Assembly (NCBI GenBank): GCA_963816145.1
Contig: CAWFJP010000031.1
Span: 320,001 to 384,000, forward strand
Direction of reading: 5' to 3'
Length of the DNA stretch: 64,000 nt
Origin: an uncultured delta proteobacterium
GTDB taxonomy: Bacteria > Desulfobacterota > Binatia > UBA9968
This document shows, in pieces, positions 51,376 to 61,424 of the stretch. Both the position numbers and the translations under genes were made by a program. The notes below the pieces were generated by a model. That model did not search any database and was not told the origin of the DNA. It saw nothing but the letters and a program-made list of their open reading frames with translations. Numbering within the stretch: position 1 is the first letter of the stretch; each line of letters begins with the position of its first letter.

Positions 51376-51462
51376 TTCCGCTTGACGGACGCTGGGCACT
51401 TCAACTAGCTTTGCCGCAGTTGTTCGTTCGCCTATCTCAAGTCGACAGTAAGGAGCCCCGCC

Positions 51463-52485
51463 ATGATCAGAAACTTGCTGACTGCGATCGTCGCCATTGC
51501 CTGGTTATTCGCCGCAAGCGAAGTTCAGGCGCAAAGCGATTTTTATCAAGGCAAAACCATCCGGATCATTGTCGGCTATTCTCCCGGCGGTGGCTACGAT
51601 GCCTTGGCGCGCATGCTGTCGCGGCAGATGCCGAAACATATACCCGGCCATCCGACGATTCTGGTCGAGAACATGGCCGGTGCCGGCAGCTTGCTTGCGG
51701 CCAATCACATTTTCAAAGTCGCCAAACCGGACGGATTGACCATGGGCCATTTCAGCGGCGGCTTCGTCTACAGTCAAGTCATGGGGCAGCCGGGCATCGA
51801 GCTCGACATGCAGAAGTTTGTCTTCGTCGGCGCGGTGGCGCGGGATGAAAGCGCCATCGCCATATCTAAGGCGAGCGGCGTCAACAGCATGGAGCGCTGG
51901 GTCGCCGCCAAGACGCCGTTGAAGATGGGCACCACCGGTCCGGGCGCGTTCGGCACCGATAATGTGCTCAAAGTCGTTAAGGTGGCGCTCAATCTACCGA
52001 TGCAAATCATCTCCGGCTACAAAGGTACCGCCGACATGCGCCTGGCCGTCGAGAGCGGTGAGCTCGACGGTACGACCTGGGGTTGGGACTCGATGCGCGG
52101 TACGTGGCAGAAATCCCTCGAATCCGGCGTGGTGTCGGTGCTGCTGCAAACAGTGCCGAAACCATTTGGCGATTTGCCGAAAGTGCCGCTGGCGATCGAT
52201 CTTGCGAAGACGGCGGAGGCAAAACAATTGATCGAGTACGGCATTCACTTTCCAAGTAAAATCACCAAGACTCTAGCCCTACCGCCGGGCACGCCGGCCG
52301 ATCGCGCGCAGATTCTGCAAAAAGCCTTGCAGGAGACGGTGAAAGATCCCGAGTTCATCGCTGAGGCGGACAAAGCGAAAATCGGCCTCGCGCCGGTTAC
52401 CGTCGATGAAATGAAAAAGACCGTGGAAGGGGTCTTCAAACTCGACCCCGCCCTGCTTGCCAAGCTGAAGGCGATTCTTTTTTAG
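51463..52485 (+). CDS. TctC/Bug family substrate-binding protein
   Basis: VGYSPGGGYD, VENMAGAG, PDGLT, GYKGTAD; AAGGAG RBS. Confidence 0.9.
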   Translation: MIRNLLTAIVAIAWLFAASEVQAQSDFYQGKTIRIIVGYSPGGGYDALARMLSRQMPKHIPGHPTILVENMAGAGSLLAANHIFKVAKPDGLTMGHFSGGFVYSQVMGQPGIELDMQKFVFVGAVARDESAIAISKASGVNSMERWVAAKTPLKMGTTGPGAFGTDNVLKVVKVALNLPMQIISGYKGTADMRLAVESGELDGTTWGWDSMRGTWQKSLESGVVSVLLQTVPKPFGDLPKVPLAIDLAKTAEAKQLIEYGIHFPSKITKTLALPPGTPADRAQILQKALQETVKDPEFIAEADKAKIGLAPVTVDEMKKTVEGVFKLDPALLAKLKAILF

Positions 52486-52625
52486 AACCTCGGCAAGAAC
52501 GATTCACGGCGAAGCTCGAGAATGACAGGAAGGAGCGATTGAAAGGGCAAGGCAATCGCTTGCCGTTACAAGGCCTATTGGTGGTGAGACCTCCGTAGGC
52601 CCAATCCGAAAGATATAAGGACACC

Positions 52626-53639
52626 ATGAAATTTGGTATTCACATTCTTCCGACGTATATGCCCGATGTCGAAGGGGCATTGCCGGACTTTTACCAACAG
52701 ATGTACGACCAGATTATCGAAGTCGAAAGGCTCGGCTTCGAACAAGCGTGGGTGACCGAACATCACTTCGGCGGTTATGGCGGTACTCTGCCGCATCCGC
52801 CGACATTTTTAGCGGCGGTTGCCGGTAAGACGACGAAGATTCGCTTGGGCGTCGCGGTGGCGGTGTTACCGTTGCACAACCCATTACAATTGGCCGAAGC
52901 CTATGCCATGGCCGATGTGATCTCCGGTGGCCGGCTCGATTTCGGCATCGGCAAGGGCAGCGAGCCGGTGGAGTATCGCAAGTTCGGCATGAACCGCGAT
53001 GAAGCGACGCAGCGTTTTGGCGAGTGCACGGAGATTATCCGCCAGGCGTGGTCCGACGGGCCGGTGAATTTTCATGGCGAATTCTACAATTACGAGGGCG
53101 TCGACATTCTGCCCAAGCCGTTGCAGCGGCCGCACCCGCGCATCTGGGTTGGCGCGACGCGATCTGAGGATACCTTTCGTGGTGCCGGTGCCAACGGTTA
53201 CGATCTAATGACGGTGCCGTTCGTCCATCCGACCACCGACGCGCTGCGCGATTTGGTGCTGATGTACCGGAGCGAGCTGTCGCGCGCCGGCCATGATTTC
53301 GTCGGCCGCGATGTGCTCGGCAAGTTTCACATCTATGTCTCCGATAGTTTCGAACGCGGTATGCGCGAAGCCGCGCCGTTCATGAAGAACTACAGCGATA
53401 TTCACACCGCGGTCGATCCCAAACGCAAAATCACCGAGCGCGATATCGGTTCGGACATGGCGCGCGGGTTTATCATTGTCGGCGACCCCGAGCGGTGTAG
53501 CGACACGATTCGGCGCTGGCAGGAAGAGGCCGGGATCACCGTGTTCTCAGGGACTTTTCATTTCGGCGGCATGCCGCAGGATATGGCGCTCAAAAGCCTG
53601 CGTTTGTTCGCCGACCGGGTGATGCCGGCGCTGGCGTGA
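52626..53639 (+). CDS. LLM class flavin-dependent oxidoreductase
   Basis: W.TEHHF, T..IRLG, LHNP..AE, SGGRLDFGIG. Confidence 0.92.
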   Translation: MKFGIHILPTYMPDVEGALPDFYQQMYDQIIEVERLGFEQAWVTEHHFGGYGGTLPHPPTFLAAVAGKTTKIRLGVAVAVLPLHNPLQLAEAYAMADVISGGRLDFGIGKGSEPVEYRKFGMNRDEATQRFGECTEIIRQAWSDGPVNFHGEFYNYEGVDILPKPLQRPHPRIWVGATRSEDTFRGAGANGYDLMTVPFVHPTTDALRDLVLMYRSELSRAGHDFVGRDVLGKFHIYVSDSFERGMREAAPFMKNYSDIHTAVDPKRKITERDIGSDMARGFIIVGDPERCSDTIRRWQEEAGITVFSGTFHFGGMPQDMALKSLRLFADRVMPALA

Positions 53640-53736
53640 CTTCAGGGTAGCGTGGTGAATTGCGATCGGACAGTGTCCCCGTGGCCAACCGGATGCATGT
53701 CCTTACTGATCGACGGGCATAAGTCGACCCGAAGGA

Positions 53737-54831
53737 TTATTTGCCGGTGACGAAAGCGCTGGCGAGGTTTTCTTTTGACTGTAAATCTTGGCGCGTCTTT
53801 TCAGCTTCTTGGTTGGTGGAAAAGCGGCCGACCCGGACGCGATACCACAGGGCCGAGTTGATTTCGGCTTCGACGATAAACGCGTCGAACCCTTTGCTCT
53901 TTAACTTGTCCTGCAAAAACTGCGCGGCTGATTGATCCTTGGTGGCGGAAATTTGCACAGACCAGGTGTTGGCCGTTAAATCTTTTTTCGCAGCGGGGCT
54001 GGTCACCGGTTTAGATTCTGCGGTGTCCGGTTGGGTGACGTTGAGGGCGCTCGCTTCCAGGTTTTTCTTCATCTTCGCCGATGGGGCGTCGCCGTCTTGG
54101 GCGATGGCGCTGACGACCTTCAGCGGCGGTACCGCCGTCGTATTTTCGGCCAAGCGTTCGCCTTCGATTGCTCTTGTGTCTGCGGCGGTGTCCTCGGATA
54201 CCGCTTCGGCTCGAGATGACGTGTTAGTCAGGTACGCCAGCACCGGCCGGCGGGCCGCAGCCAATTGCAGAGCGGTTTGCCGTCTTTCGGCGATTTTTTG
54301 GCCGGCAATGAAGCCGAAAAATCCCGCTGCCGCGGCGGTGATGACAAAGCTCATCCCGAGAGTCACCAGCTGGCTACGCGAAAAATAAGTCGGTTGTGGA
54401 GTTGCGTCGGGTTCGCTAGCTGTTGGAGCTTCCGGCCACTGAGGAATTGGCGCTAACATTTTTTCTTTGCTGGTATCGTCCTCTGTCGCTTTACGCTCCG
54501 ATTTTGCCGGCGGCAGAGTGGCCAAGGAAAGCAGCTGCAGGGTTTGAATCGATGGGCGAAACTCGGCGATCAATGCCTGAGCGCGGCTTGCGCGCAGATT
54601 AGTTTCACAGACTTCGAATGAAAAATAGCTCGGTTGCTGGCCACGAAACAACTTTTCTGCTTCTTTTCTATGCAGGAGCAGCGCTTCGCGAAGGTCGGCC
54701 GCTTCGCCGATGAAAAGCTGCTGGCGCCGAGTGTGCAGTCCGTAGACACCGGAAACGGCCGGCACGATTCGCTCGACGACCGCGCCCTCGAATGGGTGGC
54801 AATGGCCTTGCGGCTGCCAGGGGTGTGCCAT
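53737..54831 (-). CDS. Degenerate GIY-YIG-like domain - TM - SPOR domain protein (paralogue 2)
   Basis: VP.VSGVYGL..LFIG; TM LGMSFVITAAAAGFFGFIAG; SPOR WSVQISA..LKSKGFDAF..WYRVRVGRF. Confidence 0.8.
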   Translation of the reverse strand: MAHPWQPQGHCHPFEGAVVERIVPAVSGVYGLHTRRQQLFIGEAADLREALLLHRKEAEKLFRGQQPSYFSFEVCETNLRASRAQALIAEFRPSIQTLQLLSLATLPPAKSERKATEDDTSKEKMLAPIPQWPEAPTASEPDATPQPTYFSRSQLVTLGMSFVITAAAAGFFGFIAGQKIAERRQTALQLAAARRPVLAYLTNTSSRAEAVSEDTAADTRAIEGERLAENTTAVPPLKVVSAIAQDGDAPSAKMKKNLEASALNVTQPDTAESKPVTSPAAKKDLTANTWSVQISATKDQSAAQFLQDKLKSKGFDAFIVEAEINSALWYRVRVGRFSTNQEAEKTRQDLQSKENLASAFVTGK

Positions 54832-55142
54832 CAAAAAAGTTCCCCCGTATTTGGGGTGTGTCCCGGACGGTAAGTCGTAAGGTTCTGCAGGCGTCGGTTC
54901 ACGTTCGTTTGGTTTTGTTTCAGTCGGCTAGATGAGCCGTGCTGTTACTGTGCTGCAAAGATTCTATCGAGGCTAAACAACGTCGCTTTGGGTTGGGCCA
55001 GTATCCGGCACCGATTCCAGATAATTATTAGCTTACGAGCCGGATTTGGACAAGTTCTTTGTCGAACAATTCGCGATTTTTTTCGCGTCAGGCGGGAATT
55101 TATGCCGTTCTACCGAATCCGTTTTTGTGCTACAGATGACCA

Positions 55143-56465
55143 ATGGAGTCGAATCCAGCCAAGGACCGATCGCCGCGTATCCTGAACCTGCTGCCGTTTT
55201 ACTATGGCTGGTTCATCGTCGCGCTCAGTTTCCTCGCTAACCTGACCGCGGCGGGTATCCGTTCGGCGCCGTCGGTGCTGATTCATCCACTCGAAGCGGA
55301 GTTCGGTTGGAGTCGTACGGAAGTTGCTTCGGCGGCAAGTCTCAACTTGCTGCTTCTGGGTTTGTTTGCGCCGGTGGGTGGATGGCTGATTGATCGTATC
55401 GGCGCGCGCCGCGTCATAATCGGAAGTCTCGCGACAATTGCAATTGGACTCGTCGCGGTGACGCAGGTGCAGCAGCTCTGGCAATTGATTTTGCTCTGGG
55501 GCGTGGTCCTGGGTGTCGCTACCGGCATCACACCGGCGCTTGGCGCCAGCATCGCCAGCCGCTGGTTTGTCGACCGACGCGGTCTGGCGGTGGGCATCAT
55601 GACCAATGCCAACGCCGCGGGGCAAATTGTCTTTCTTCCCTTGTTGATGTCGGTTATTGTCGTCGCTGGCTGGCGCAATGCGCTGATGTTGATCACCGCG
55701 ACCGCTTGTGTGTTGATCCCGGCGATCTGGTTTTGGATGCGCGACCGGCCCAGCGAAGTCGGTCTTGAGCCTTACCGCTCCGGCGCGGGCGCCAACGTCA
55801 AGTCCGGCAAGAGTTTTACCCGTGGTGAGATCCGGCCAATGTCGTTCGCAGCGATTTCCGAGGTGATGAAAGCGCCGACGTTTTGGATTCTCGCCGGCTG
55901 CTTTTTTATCTGCGGCGTTACCGCCAACGGCCTGATCGGTACGCATTTGATCCCGTATGCCATCGAACGCGGCATCCCTCAGGTGACCGCGGCGACCGCC
56001 GTGGGCATCATGGGTGGCGCGAGTTTTATCGGCACGACCGTTTCCGGTTATCTGGTCGACCGTGTCGATCCGCGCAAAGTCCTTTCCGTGGTTTACTGTT
56101 TGCGCGGAACGGCGTTGTTGATGCTGCCGTTTGTTTCTACCGCCGTGGGGTTGTTCATGTTCGCTGTCTTATACGGGCTCGATTGGTACGCCTCGGGACC
56201 AGCGACCACGACCATGATCGCGCGGAAATTCGGTTCGGAAAGAGTTGGCCAAGTCTTCGGCACGATCTTTGTTTTTCATCAGCTGGGCGGAGCGGCGGCG
56301 GCCATCGGCGGTGGCTGGGTGCGCGTTCACTTTGGTGATTATCAAAACGCCTTCTTGATCGGCGGCTGCTTGGGTTTGGTCGCCGCGTGCTTGGCTCTGA
56401 CCGTTGACCGGCGCGCAGTGGCGCGGCCGGAGCTGCCGGCGGCACCGGAACTTGCCGGAGCGTGA
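55143..56465 (+). CDS. MFS transporter, close paralogue of 40687-42000
   Basis: LPFYYGWFI..RSAPSVLIHPLE shared; GWLIDRIGARR. Confidence 0.92.
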   Translation: MESNPAKDRSPRILNLLPFYYGWFIVALSFLANLTAAGIRSAPSVLIHPLEAEFGWSRTEVASAASLNLLLLGLFAPVGGWLIDRIGARRVIIGSLATIAIGLVAVTQVQQLWQLILLWGVVLGVATGITPALGASIASRWFVDRRGLAVGIMTNANAAGQIVFLPLLMSVIVVAGWRNALMLITATACVLIPAIWFWMRDRPSEVGLEPYRSGAGANVKSGKSFTRGEIRPMSFAAISEVMKAPTFWILAGCFFICGVTANGLIGTHLIPYAIERGIPQVTAATAVGIMGGASFIGTTVSGYLVDRVDPRKVLSVVYCLRGTALLMLPFVSTAVGLFMFAVLYGLDWYASGPATTTMIARKFGSERVGQVFGTIFVFHQLGGAAAAIGGGWVRVHFGDYQNAFLIGGCLGLVAACLALTVDRRAVARPELPAAPELAGA

Positions 56466-56521
56466 GATTCTTGAGGTTCGGCGCATCCCCTGTGACTTGA
56501 ACCAGGAGTGGAAAAATCATC

Positions 56522-57349
56522 ATGGTAAAAACCGGTGATCATGATTCGATCGTAAGACGCAGTTCGTCGTGGTGGTTGTTTGGCTCGTTGCAGAAGTTTC
56601 TAGCGATCCTGACGGTTGTTGCAATTGTCGCGAATTTTGGCGTGAAGGCTCATGCCGCTTCGAGCCAGCCAAAGTTACCATTCAACGCGCAAGTTGATGT
56701 TTTTATCTCGGCCGATGAAACAGCAACGTTGATCGAGACCGTCAGTGACGGCGCGTCGCTGACGCCGATGGGCGAGATGATGGGTGCCGGCGGCGTTAAG
56801 TGGTTCATGGTAAAGACGCCGGCGGGTAATGTCGGTTGGATCAAAGCCGGCGCTAATTCCGCGGCGCGCCAAGTTGACGATCACTTTCGCTCATTGCCGA
56901 AGGAGTCGACGTCGGTCGGGCCGGCTCGCAACCCCCCCCAAGGTGGCTCGGGGATTTCTGCCCAGGGGAGCACGACGATCCCTATCCAAGTGCGAGGTCG
57001 TCACATTATTGTTCCGGTCACTTTCAACGATTCTGTTACCGGCAACTTGGTGTTGGATACCGGAGCCGGCCAGACCATGATCTCGAAACGGATCGCCAAC
57101 GATTTGCGGCTTTACACTACCGGGGCAGGAACTCGGATCGGCATCGGTGGTGCGGTTTCAGTGTCTACTGCAACCCTTGATGCTGTCCGAGTGGGAGATG
57201 CTGACGTTAAGAATCTGCGCGTGAGTATTCACGATATTCCTTTCAACGCGTTTGAAGAAGGGCTCCTGGGAATGGACTTTCTTGGCCGCTTTCAAATGTC
57301 CTTGGACATCGAGAAGCGGGTTTTGATTCTTGCGCCGCGAAAAGGATAA
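56522..57349 (+). CDS. Exported SH3-like domain plus retropepsin-like aspartic protease
   Basis: KWFMVKT..G.VGWIK; LDTGA; GLLGMDFL. Confidence 0.82.
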   Translation: MVKTGDHDSIVRRSSSWWLFGSLQKFLAILTVVAIVANFGVKAHAASSQPKLPFNAQVDVFISADETATLIETVSDGASLTPMGEMMGAGGVKWFMVKTPAGNVGWIKAGANSAARQVDDHFRSLPKESTSVGPARNPPQGGSGISAQGSTTIPIQVRGRHIIVPVTFNDSVTGNLVLDTGAGQTMISKRIANDLRLYTTGAGTRIGIGGAVSVSTATLDAVRVGDADVKNLRVSIHDIPFNAFEEGLLGMDFLGRFQMSLDIEKRVLILAPRKG

Positions 57350-57360
57350 ATTTGGCGATC

Positions 57361-58368
57361 ATGCGGCGGCAAAATAGAGTGTTAAGACGGGCCCATCGGA
57401 AAGTATCCGCGACTATGGTAGTCATTGGTTGGTTGGCGTTATTCGCGCCGCCGACTCAGCTGGTCGCCCAAGACCGCGTCAAATTTCCCGCTGGCGTCGG
57501 CACCAAGACACTCGGCACTGGTCTGATCTGGCTAGCCACCAAGAAGGGCTTCTTCGACGAATTTAACCTCGACGTTCAGCCGGTGCTTTTGCGCGGTACG
57601 CCGGTGGCGGTGCAAGCCCTGGTCGGCGAGTCGCTATATCTGACCATGGGCTCGGCCGATGCGATGGCGAGCGCGGCGGCGGGCGGCGCGGAATTGGTGA
57701 GTGTCGCCGGCGTCATCAATGGACTGACCCAAGCAATTGTCGCCGGCAAGAAATACAAGAGTTTCAAGGAACTGCGCGGCACCACTGTCGGTGTGCAGTC
57801 GTTGGCTTCGGGCGCGACCACCGTGCTCAAACGCATCTTCAAAAAGAATGGTCTGGACTATCCCGCCGACTACAAGCTCTTGGCAGTGGGCGGCGGCAAC
57901 TTCAATCTCGCGGCATTGAACTCCGGTCAAGTAGCGGCGGCGTTTCTGGTTGTTCCGTTGGTTTTCAGCGCCGAAGAACAAGGCATGAATGTTCTCGGCT
58001 ACTACAAAGACTATTTTCCGAACTACCAGCTCACCGTGATGTCAGTTAAGCGGGGCTGGGCTGAAAAGAATCGCCCCCTTCTAGTTCGTTTCATAAAAGG
58101 CACGCTGCGCGCGAACCGCTGGCTATTTGCCAATCGTGACGCCGCGAGCGAGTTCTTTGCCAAAGAAATTCAAATGTCGCCGGACATGGCGCGTAGGGGT
58201 TGGGATTACTATACGTCAAACCGCATCTGGCATCCCAATTTGGACTTGAACGGCGATGGGATGAGGTTGGCGCTGGAAATTCTCGCCGAGGAAACCAAAG
58301 CCGCGCCGCAGGACGCGACCAAGTACATCGATCGTAGTTATTTGCAGCAGGCGCTCAAGGAATTATAA
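57361..58368 (+). CDS. ABC substrate-binding protein, NMT1/SsuA-like
   Basis: A.KKGFF....LDV, ELRG..VGV, YIDRSYL. Confidence 0.88.
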   Translation: MRRQNRVLRRAHRKVSATMVVIGWLALFAPPTQLVAQDRVKFPAGVGTKTLGTGLIWLATKKGFFDEFNLDVQPVLLRGTPVAVQALVGESLYLTMGSADAMASAAAGGAELVSVAGVINGLTQAIVAGKKYKSFKELRGTTVGVQSLASGATTVLKRIFKKNGLDYPADYKLLAVGGGNFNLAALNSGQVAAAFLVVPLVFSAEEQGMNVLGYYKDYFPNYQLTVMSVKRGWAEKNRPLLVRFIKGTLRANRWLFANRDAASEFFAKEIQMSPDMARRGWDYYTSNRIWHPNLDLNGDGMRLALEILAEETKAAPQDATKYIDRSYLQQALKEL

Positions 58369-58382
58369 GACGCGAACGGGAT

Positions 58383-58763
58383 ATGAAAAACCAAATCAAA
58401 CCTGGACTCAAACATTCCCAAACCTACGAAACCACCAATCACATGCGCGCACCGCAGTTGAGCCATGCCGATGTCTTTTCGACGCCGTCGATGATCGGCT
58501 TGATGGAAGGCACCTGCGTGCGGCTGACAGCGCCTTTTATGGACGAGGGCGAAAACAGCGTCGGTATGCACGTCGACGTGCACCACCTGGCACCGACCAA
58601 GATCGGCCAAAGCGTGACCGTGACCGCGGAAATATTGGAAATCGCCGGCAACAAGATCCGCTATGGGGTCTCCGCGGTGAACGACGCCGGCGTGAAAATT
58701 GGCGAGGGCACCCATCGGCGCGCGGTGATACGGCCGAAAAAGGTTGCCGGCGACCGACCCTAA
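58383..58763 (+). CDS. Hotdog thioesterase (fluoroacetyl-CoA thioesterase FlK-like)
   Basis: VFSTP.MI.LME, SVG..V.V.HLAPT, GEG.H.R. Confidence 0.85.
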   Translation: MKNQIKPGLKHSQTYETTNHMRAPQLSHADVFSTPSMIGLMEGTCVRLTAPFMDEGENSVGMHVDVHHLAPTKIGQSVTVTAEILEIAGNKIRYGVSAVNDAGVKIGEGTHRRAVIRPKKVAGDRP

Positions 58764-59039
58764 CGCATGCCGATTTTACTTCCTTTAGACTTCAGCCGGC
58801 GTATGAGGAGAGTGGAGGATTGATGTTGCCGTGCAAGCGCTCACAATTCAATCTTGGGCAAGTTTTTGTGTTGCTCAGTATAGCGGCTTCCAGTTCCCGC
58901 GGACCGGCGATGGTTTCCCACGGGGAGCAGGCCAAACCGATGCCGGCGATACCGTCGGCCGCAGCGGCGACGGTGCTGGGGCAAGTCAGGTGATTCCGCC
59001 CCTGCAGCACCTGGGCCGGGCGGAACACCGCATCCGGCG

Positions 59040-59498
59040 ATGATCACGCCGGCTTTCTATTACGAACCGGTGGGACCGTTCTTTTTCAAGGTCGAAACTC
59101 TGACCAGTACGGGGCCGAGCAAGCATGGTTTCACGCCAACCGTGCCCCGGGTGGACGGCGGTGTATTCAAACGCGGCATGCCCATCGTCATGGGTTTGGA
59201 AATTTTCAATACCGAGACTGGCCCGCATGTGACCAACACGCTAGCGGTAACTCATGACGATGCAGCGACGGGGTATGCCTGCGGCTTTAACAGCAACGGC
59301 GATATCATCATCGATCTGATCGCCACCGGCAAACCGGGAACGCATTTGATCAATCTCTACCCGGCGATCTACAAAGGTAAAGACCGCGTGCCGTGGAATT
59401 ATCAGACGCCGTTTTTGACTTACGCACAGGAATTTCCGGCTCGATTCGCAGGCTACCGTTTGTCCGCTTATCGGTTGGCCATCGAAGTCTCTCCGTAG
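59040..59498 (+). CDS. Hypothetical protein (N-terminus possibly disrupted)
   Basis: 152-aa ORF with coding-like composition. Confidence 0.5.
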   Translation: MITPAFYYEPVGPFFFKVETLTSTGPSKHGFTPTVPRVDGGVFKRGMPIVMGLEIFNTETGPHVTNTLAVTHDDAATGYACGFNSNGDIIIDLIATGKPGTHLINLYPAIYKGKDRVPWNYQTPFLTYAQEFPARFAGYRLSAYRLAIEVSP

Positions 59499-59591
59499 CG
59501 CGCTCTTTGATTTCCAATCACTGCGATTTGTTTCCTGTAGCTTGCTCGGTCGAGTTGATTGCGGCTCCGGGAGGCGTCATTTGGCTGGGTT

Positions 59592-60491
59592 TCAAATTTT
59601 TTCCTGTTCGGCCCAGAACTCCGCTATGTCGATGCAGCGGCAAAACCACACCTCGGGATGGGTTTTTACGTATTCCAGAAATTGTTCGAAAACCTTGGCC
59701 AGTCCCGGTCGACCGCCCGTGAAATTATGCATTGCATAGCGAAATTTCATCGGATGGGTGACGCTCTCATCATAATGCGCGTCAAATTCATCGCGCAGTT
59801 GTTGTAGAGCACCACTTAGGCCGAGGGGTAGAAGGTCATTGTCGGTATAGGATGGGCGAACGTAACCGACTGAAACAATCTTCTTGCCGCCGACATCGAT
59901 GATATAGGGCACGTCGGAGTCGCAGTAGTCGCCGTTCCAACGAAAACCCAAAGACGCGCTAAGCTCGAGGGTGAATGGGCTTGGTCGAGGCCCGGGCGAC
60001 ATGTAGCCGAGCGGGCGCACGCCGGTCGCCTTCTCGATCGCCTCGATCGATCTGACAATCGCTTGCCGTTCCTCTTCCCGGTTGTCGTAGTCGAAGGGAT
60101 GCCGGCTTTGGTCCCAGTGGTGGCAGGCGATTTCGTGGCCACGTTTGACGGCTTCTTTCAACGTGTCGGGGAATAGCTCGGCCATCAGGCCGCTGGTAAA
60201 CACTGTGACTTTGACATCAAACTTGCTCAGGACGTCCAGCAATCGGCGAAAGCCGAAGTTGGCTCCGTACTCTCTCGCGCCTAGGGCTAGAAAATCGAGG
60301 CAATTTGTTGCTGCAGACATCGTGCGCTTGCGGATCGTGTTTGAGCGCGGCGCCGACTCCCACTCGTGCATGATATTGAAAGTCACGGCGATGCGGTTGC
60401 CGCCGGGCCATTGCGTGAACCAGGTCGGCCGTCGTGGTGATTGGGGTCGATAATTCCATTGATAAACCTTGGGCAGCTCTCGGCTATCCAT
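59592..60491 (-). CDS. Polysaccharide deacetylase family (PuuE/allantoinase-like)
   Basis: WPGGNRIAV, EYG..G..RLL, GHEIACH, DSDVPY, VWF..DIAE. Confidence 0.88.
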   Translation of the reverse strand: MDSRELPKVYQWNYRPQSPRRPTWFTQWPGGNRIAVTFNIMHEWESAPRSNTIRKRTMSAATNCLDFLALGAREYGANFGFRRLLDVLSKFDVKVTVFTSGLMAELFPDTLKEAVKRGHEIACHHWDQSRHPFDYDNREEERQAIVRSIEAIEKATGVRPLGYMSPGPRPSPFTLELSASLGFRWNGDYCDSDVPYIIDVGGKKIVSVGYVRPSYTDNDLLPLGLSGALQQLRDEFDAHYDESVTHPMKFRYAMHNFTGGRPGLAKVFEQFLEYVKTHPEVWFCRCIDIAEFWAEQEKI

Positions 60492-60812
60492 AGCAGGTCG
60501 CCTTTCCCTGAAAAATGATTTGGTTCATTTGAGCTTGCCATCATCCTACGACGCCACTTCGCGGCCGGCGCATTGCGCCGGCCTCATCCAAGCGGGATGC
60601 TCGCCCGCTTTGGAAACACCGGTTAAAGGTTCCATGCTCATATCAGCATGTTCCACGACAAAGTTCCGGCAAAGTTCGGGCCAAACTAACTAACGGGGAC
60701 CGATCATTTTAGACCGAAAGATCATTGGCAGAATGGGAGGGATGAAGGTAAATCGAACGGAAGGACAACGAAAGCGGGCCTGGCTGGCGCAAGTCTTTCG
60801 AATGCAAATAAT

Positions 60813-60847
60813 AAAAAGGGCCTTCGGACTGACCGGAAGCCCTTTTT
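60813..60847. terminator. Bidirectional terminator-like hairpin
   Basis: AAAAAGGGCCTTCGG-ACTGA-CCGGAAGCCCTTTTT. Confidence 0.65.
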
Positions 60848-61424
60848 GACCGGAGCGTTCGTACGCTCTAAGTTCTTTCAAAATTTTTAATTCGGCGGCG
60901 AAAGAACTCAACAGGTTGCCGAAATCGGCCTTGGTATTGTCTGCTCGTGTTTAGCCTTGCTATGTACTCGCCTCAGCGAGCCTGTAACCTTTCGGGGTTT
61001 TGCGTGAAGGCGTAACAGCTAGCAATTCGAACCCTGAATCCGCTCTTCCGCAGCGCAATTCTACTGTTTTTGATTCGGTGGAGTTCCCTCATTCATACGG
61101 TGCACCTCCTGTACACCGCTTGAGCAAAGGCGATGCCAAGCGCCCCCGCGATCAATTGCTGGTACTTTCAAGGCTTTGCAGTGAGATCGGTCTGCTCGAC
61201 CATATCATGGGTCGGAATTTTGTCTGTGGGTTTTCCACGAGTTGGGAATTCTCGCGTGCTCGATTTGATCGGAATGATGGCTGCGCAAAAGTTTTCGGGT
61301 CCTAAAGTTGGGCGACTGACCTATCCGGGGAAAGGGACGATGTTGTTTAGCCACGGCGGTTGGCAGGGACAAAACTCTTCTCGACGCCTCGCCGTGCAAG
61401 TGTCCGGAATGCACCCGTACTGCC

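Noticed and set aside
61280-61345. c-di-GMP-I or ZTP riboswitch-like words (CGCAAAAG..GGTCCTAAAG, GCGACTGAC)
   Set aside because: Required stems are missing, and the site is downstream of and antisense to fhs
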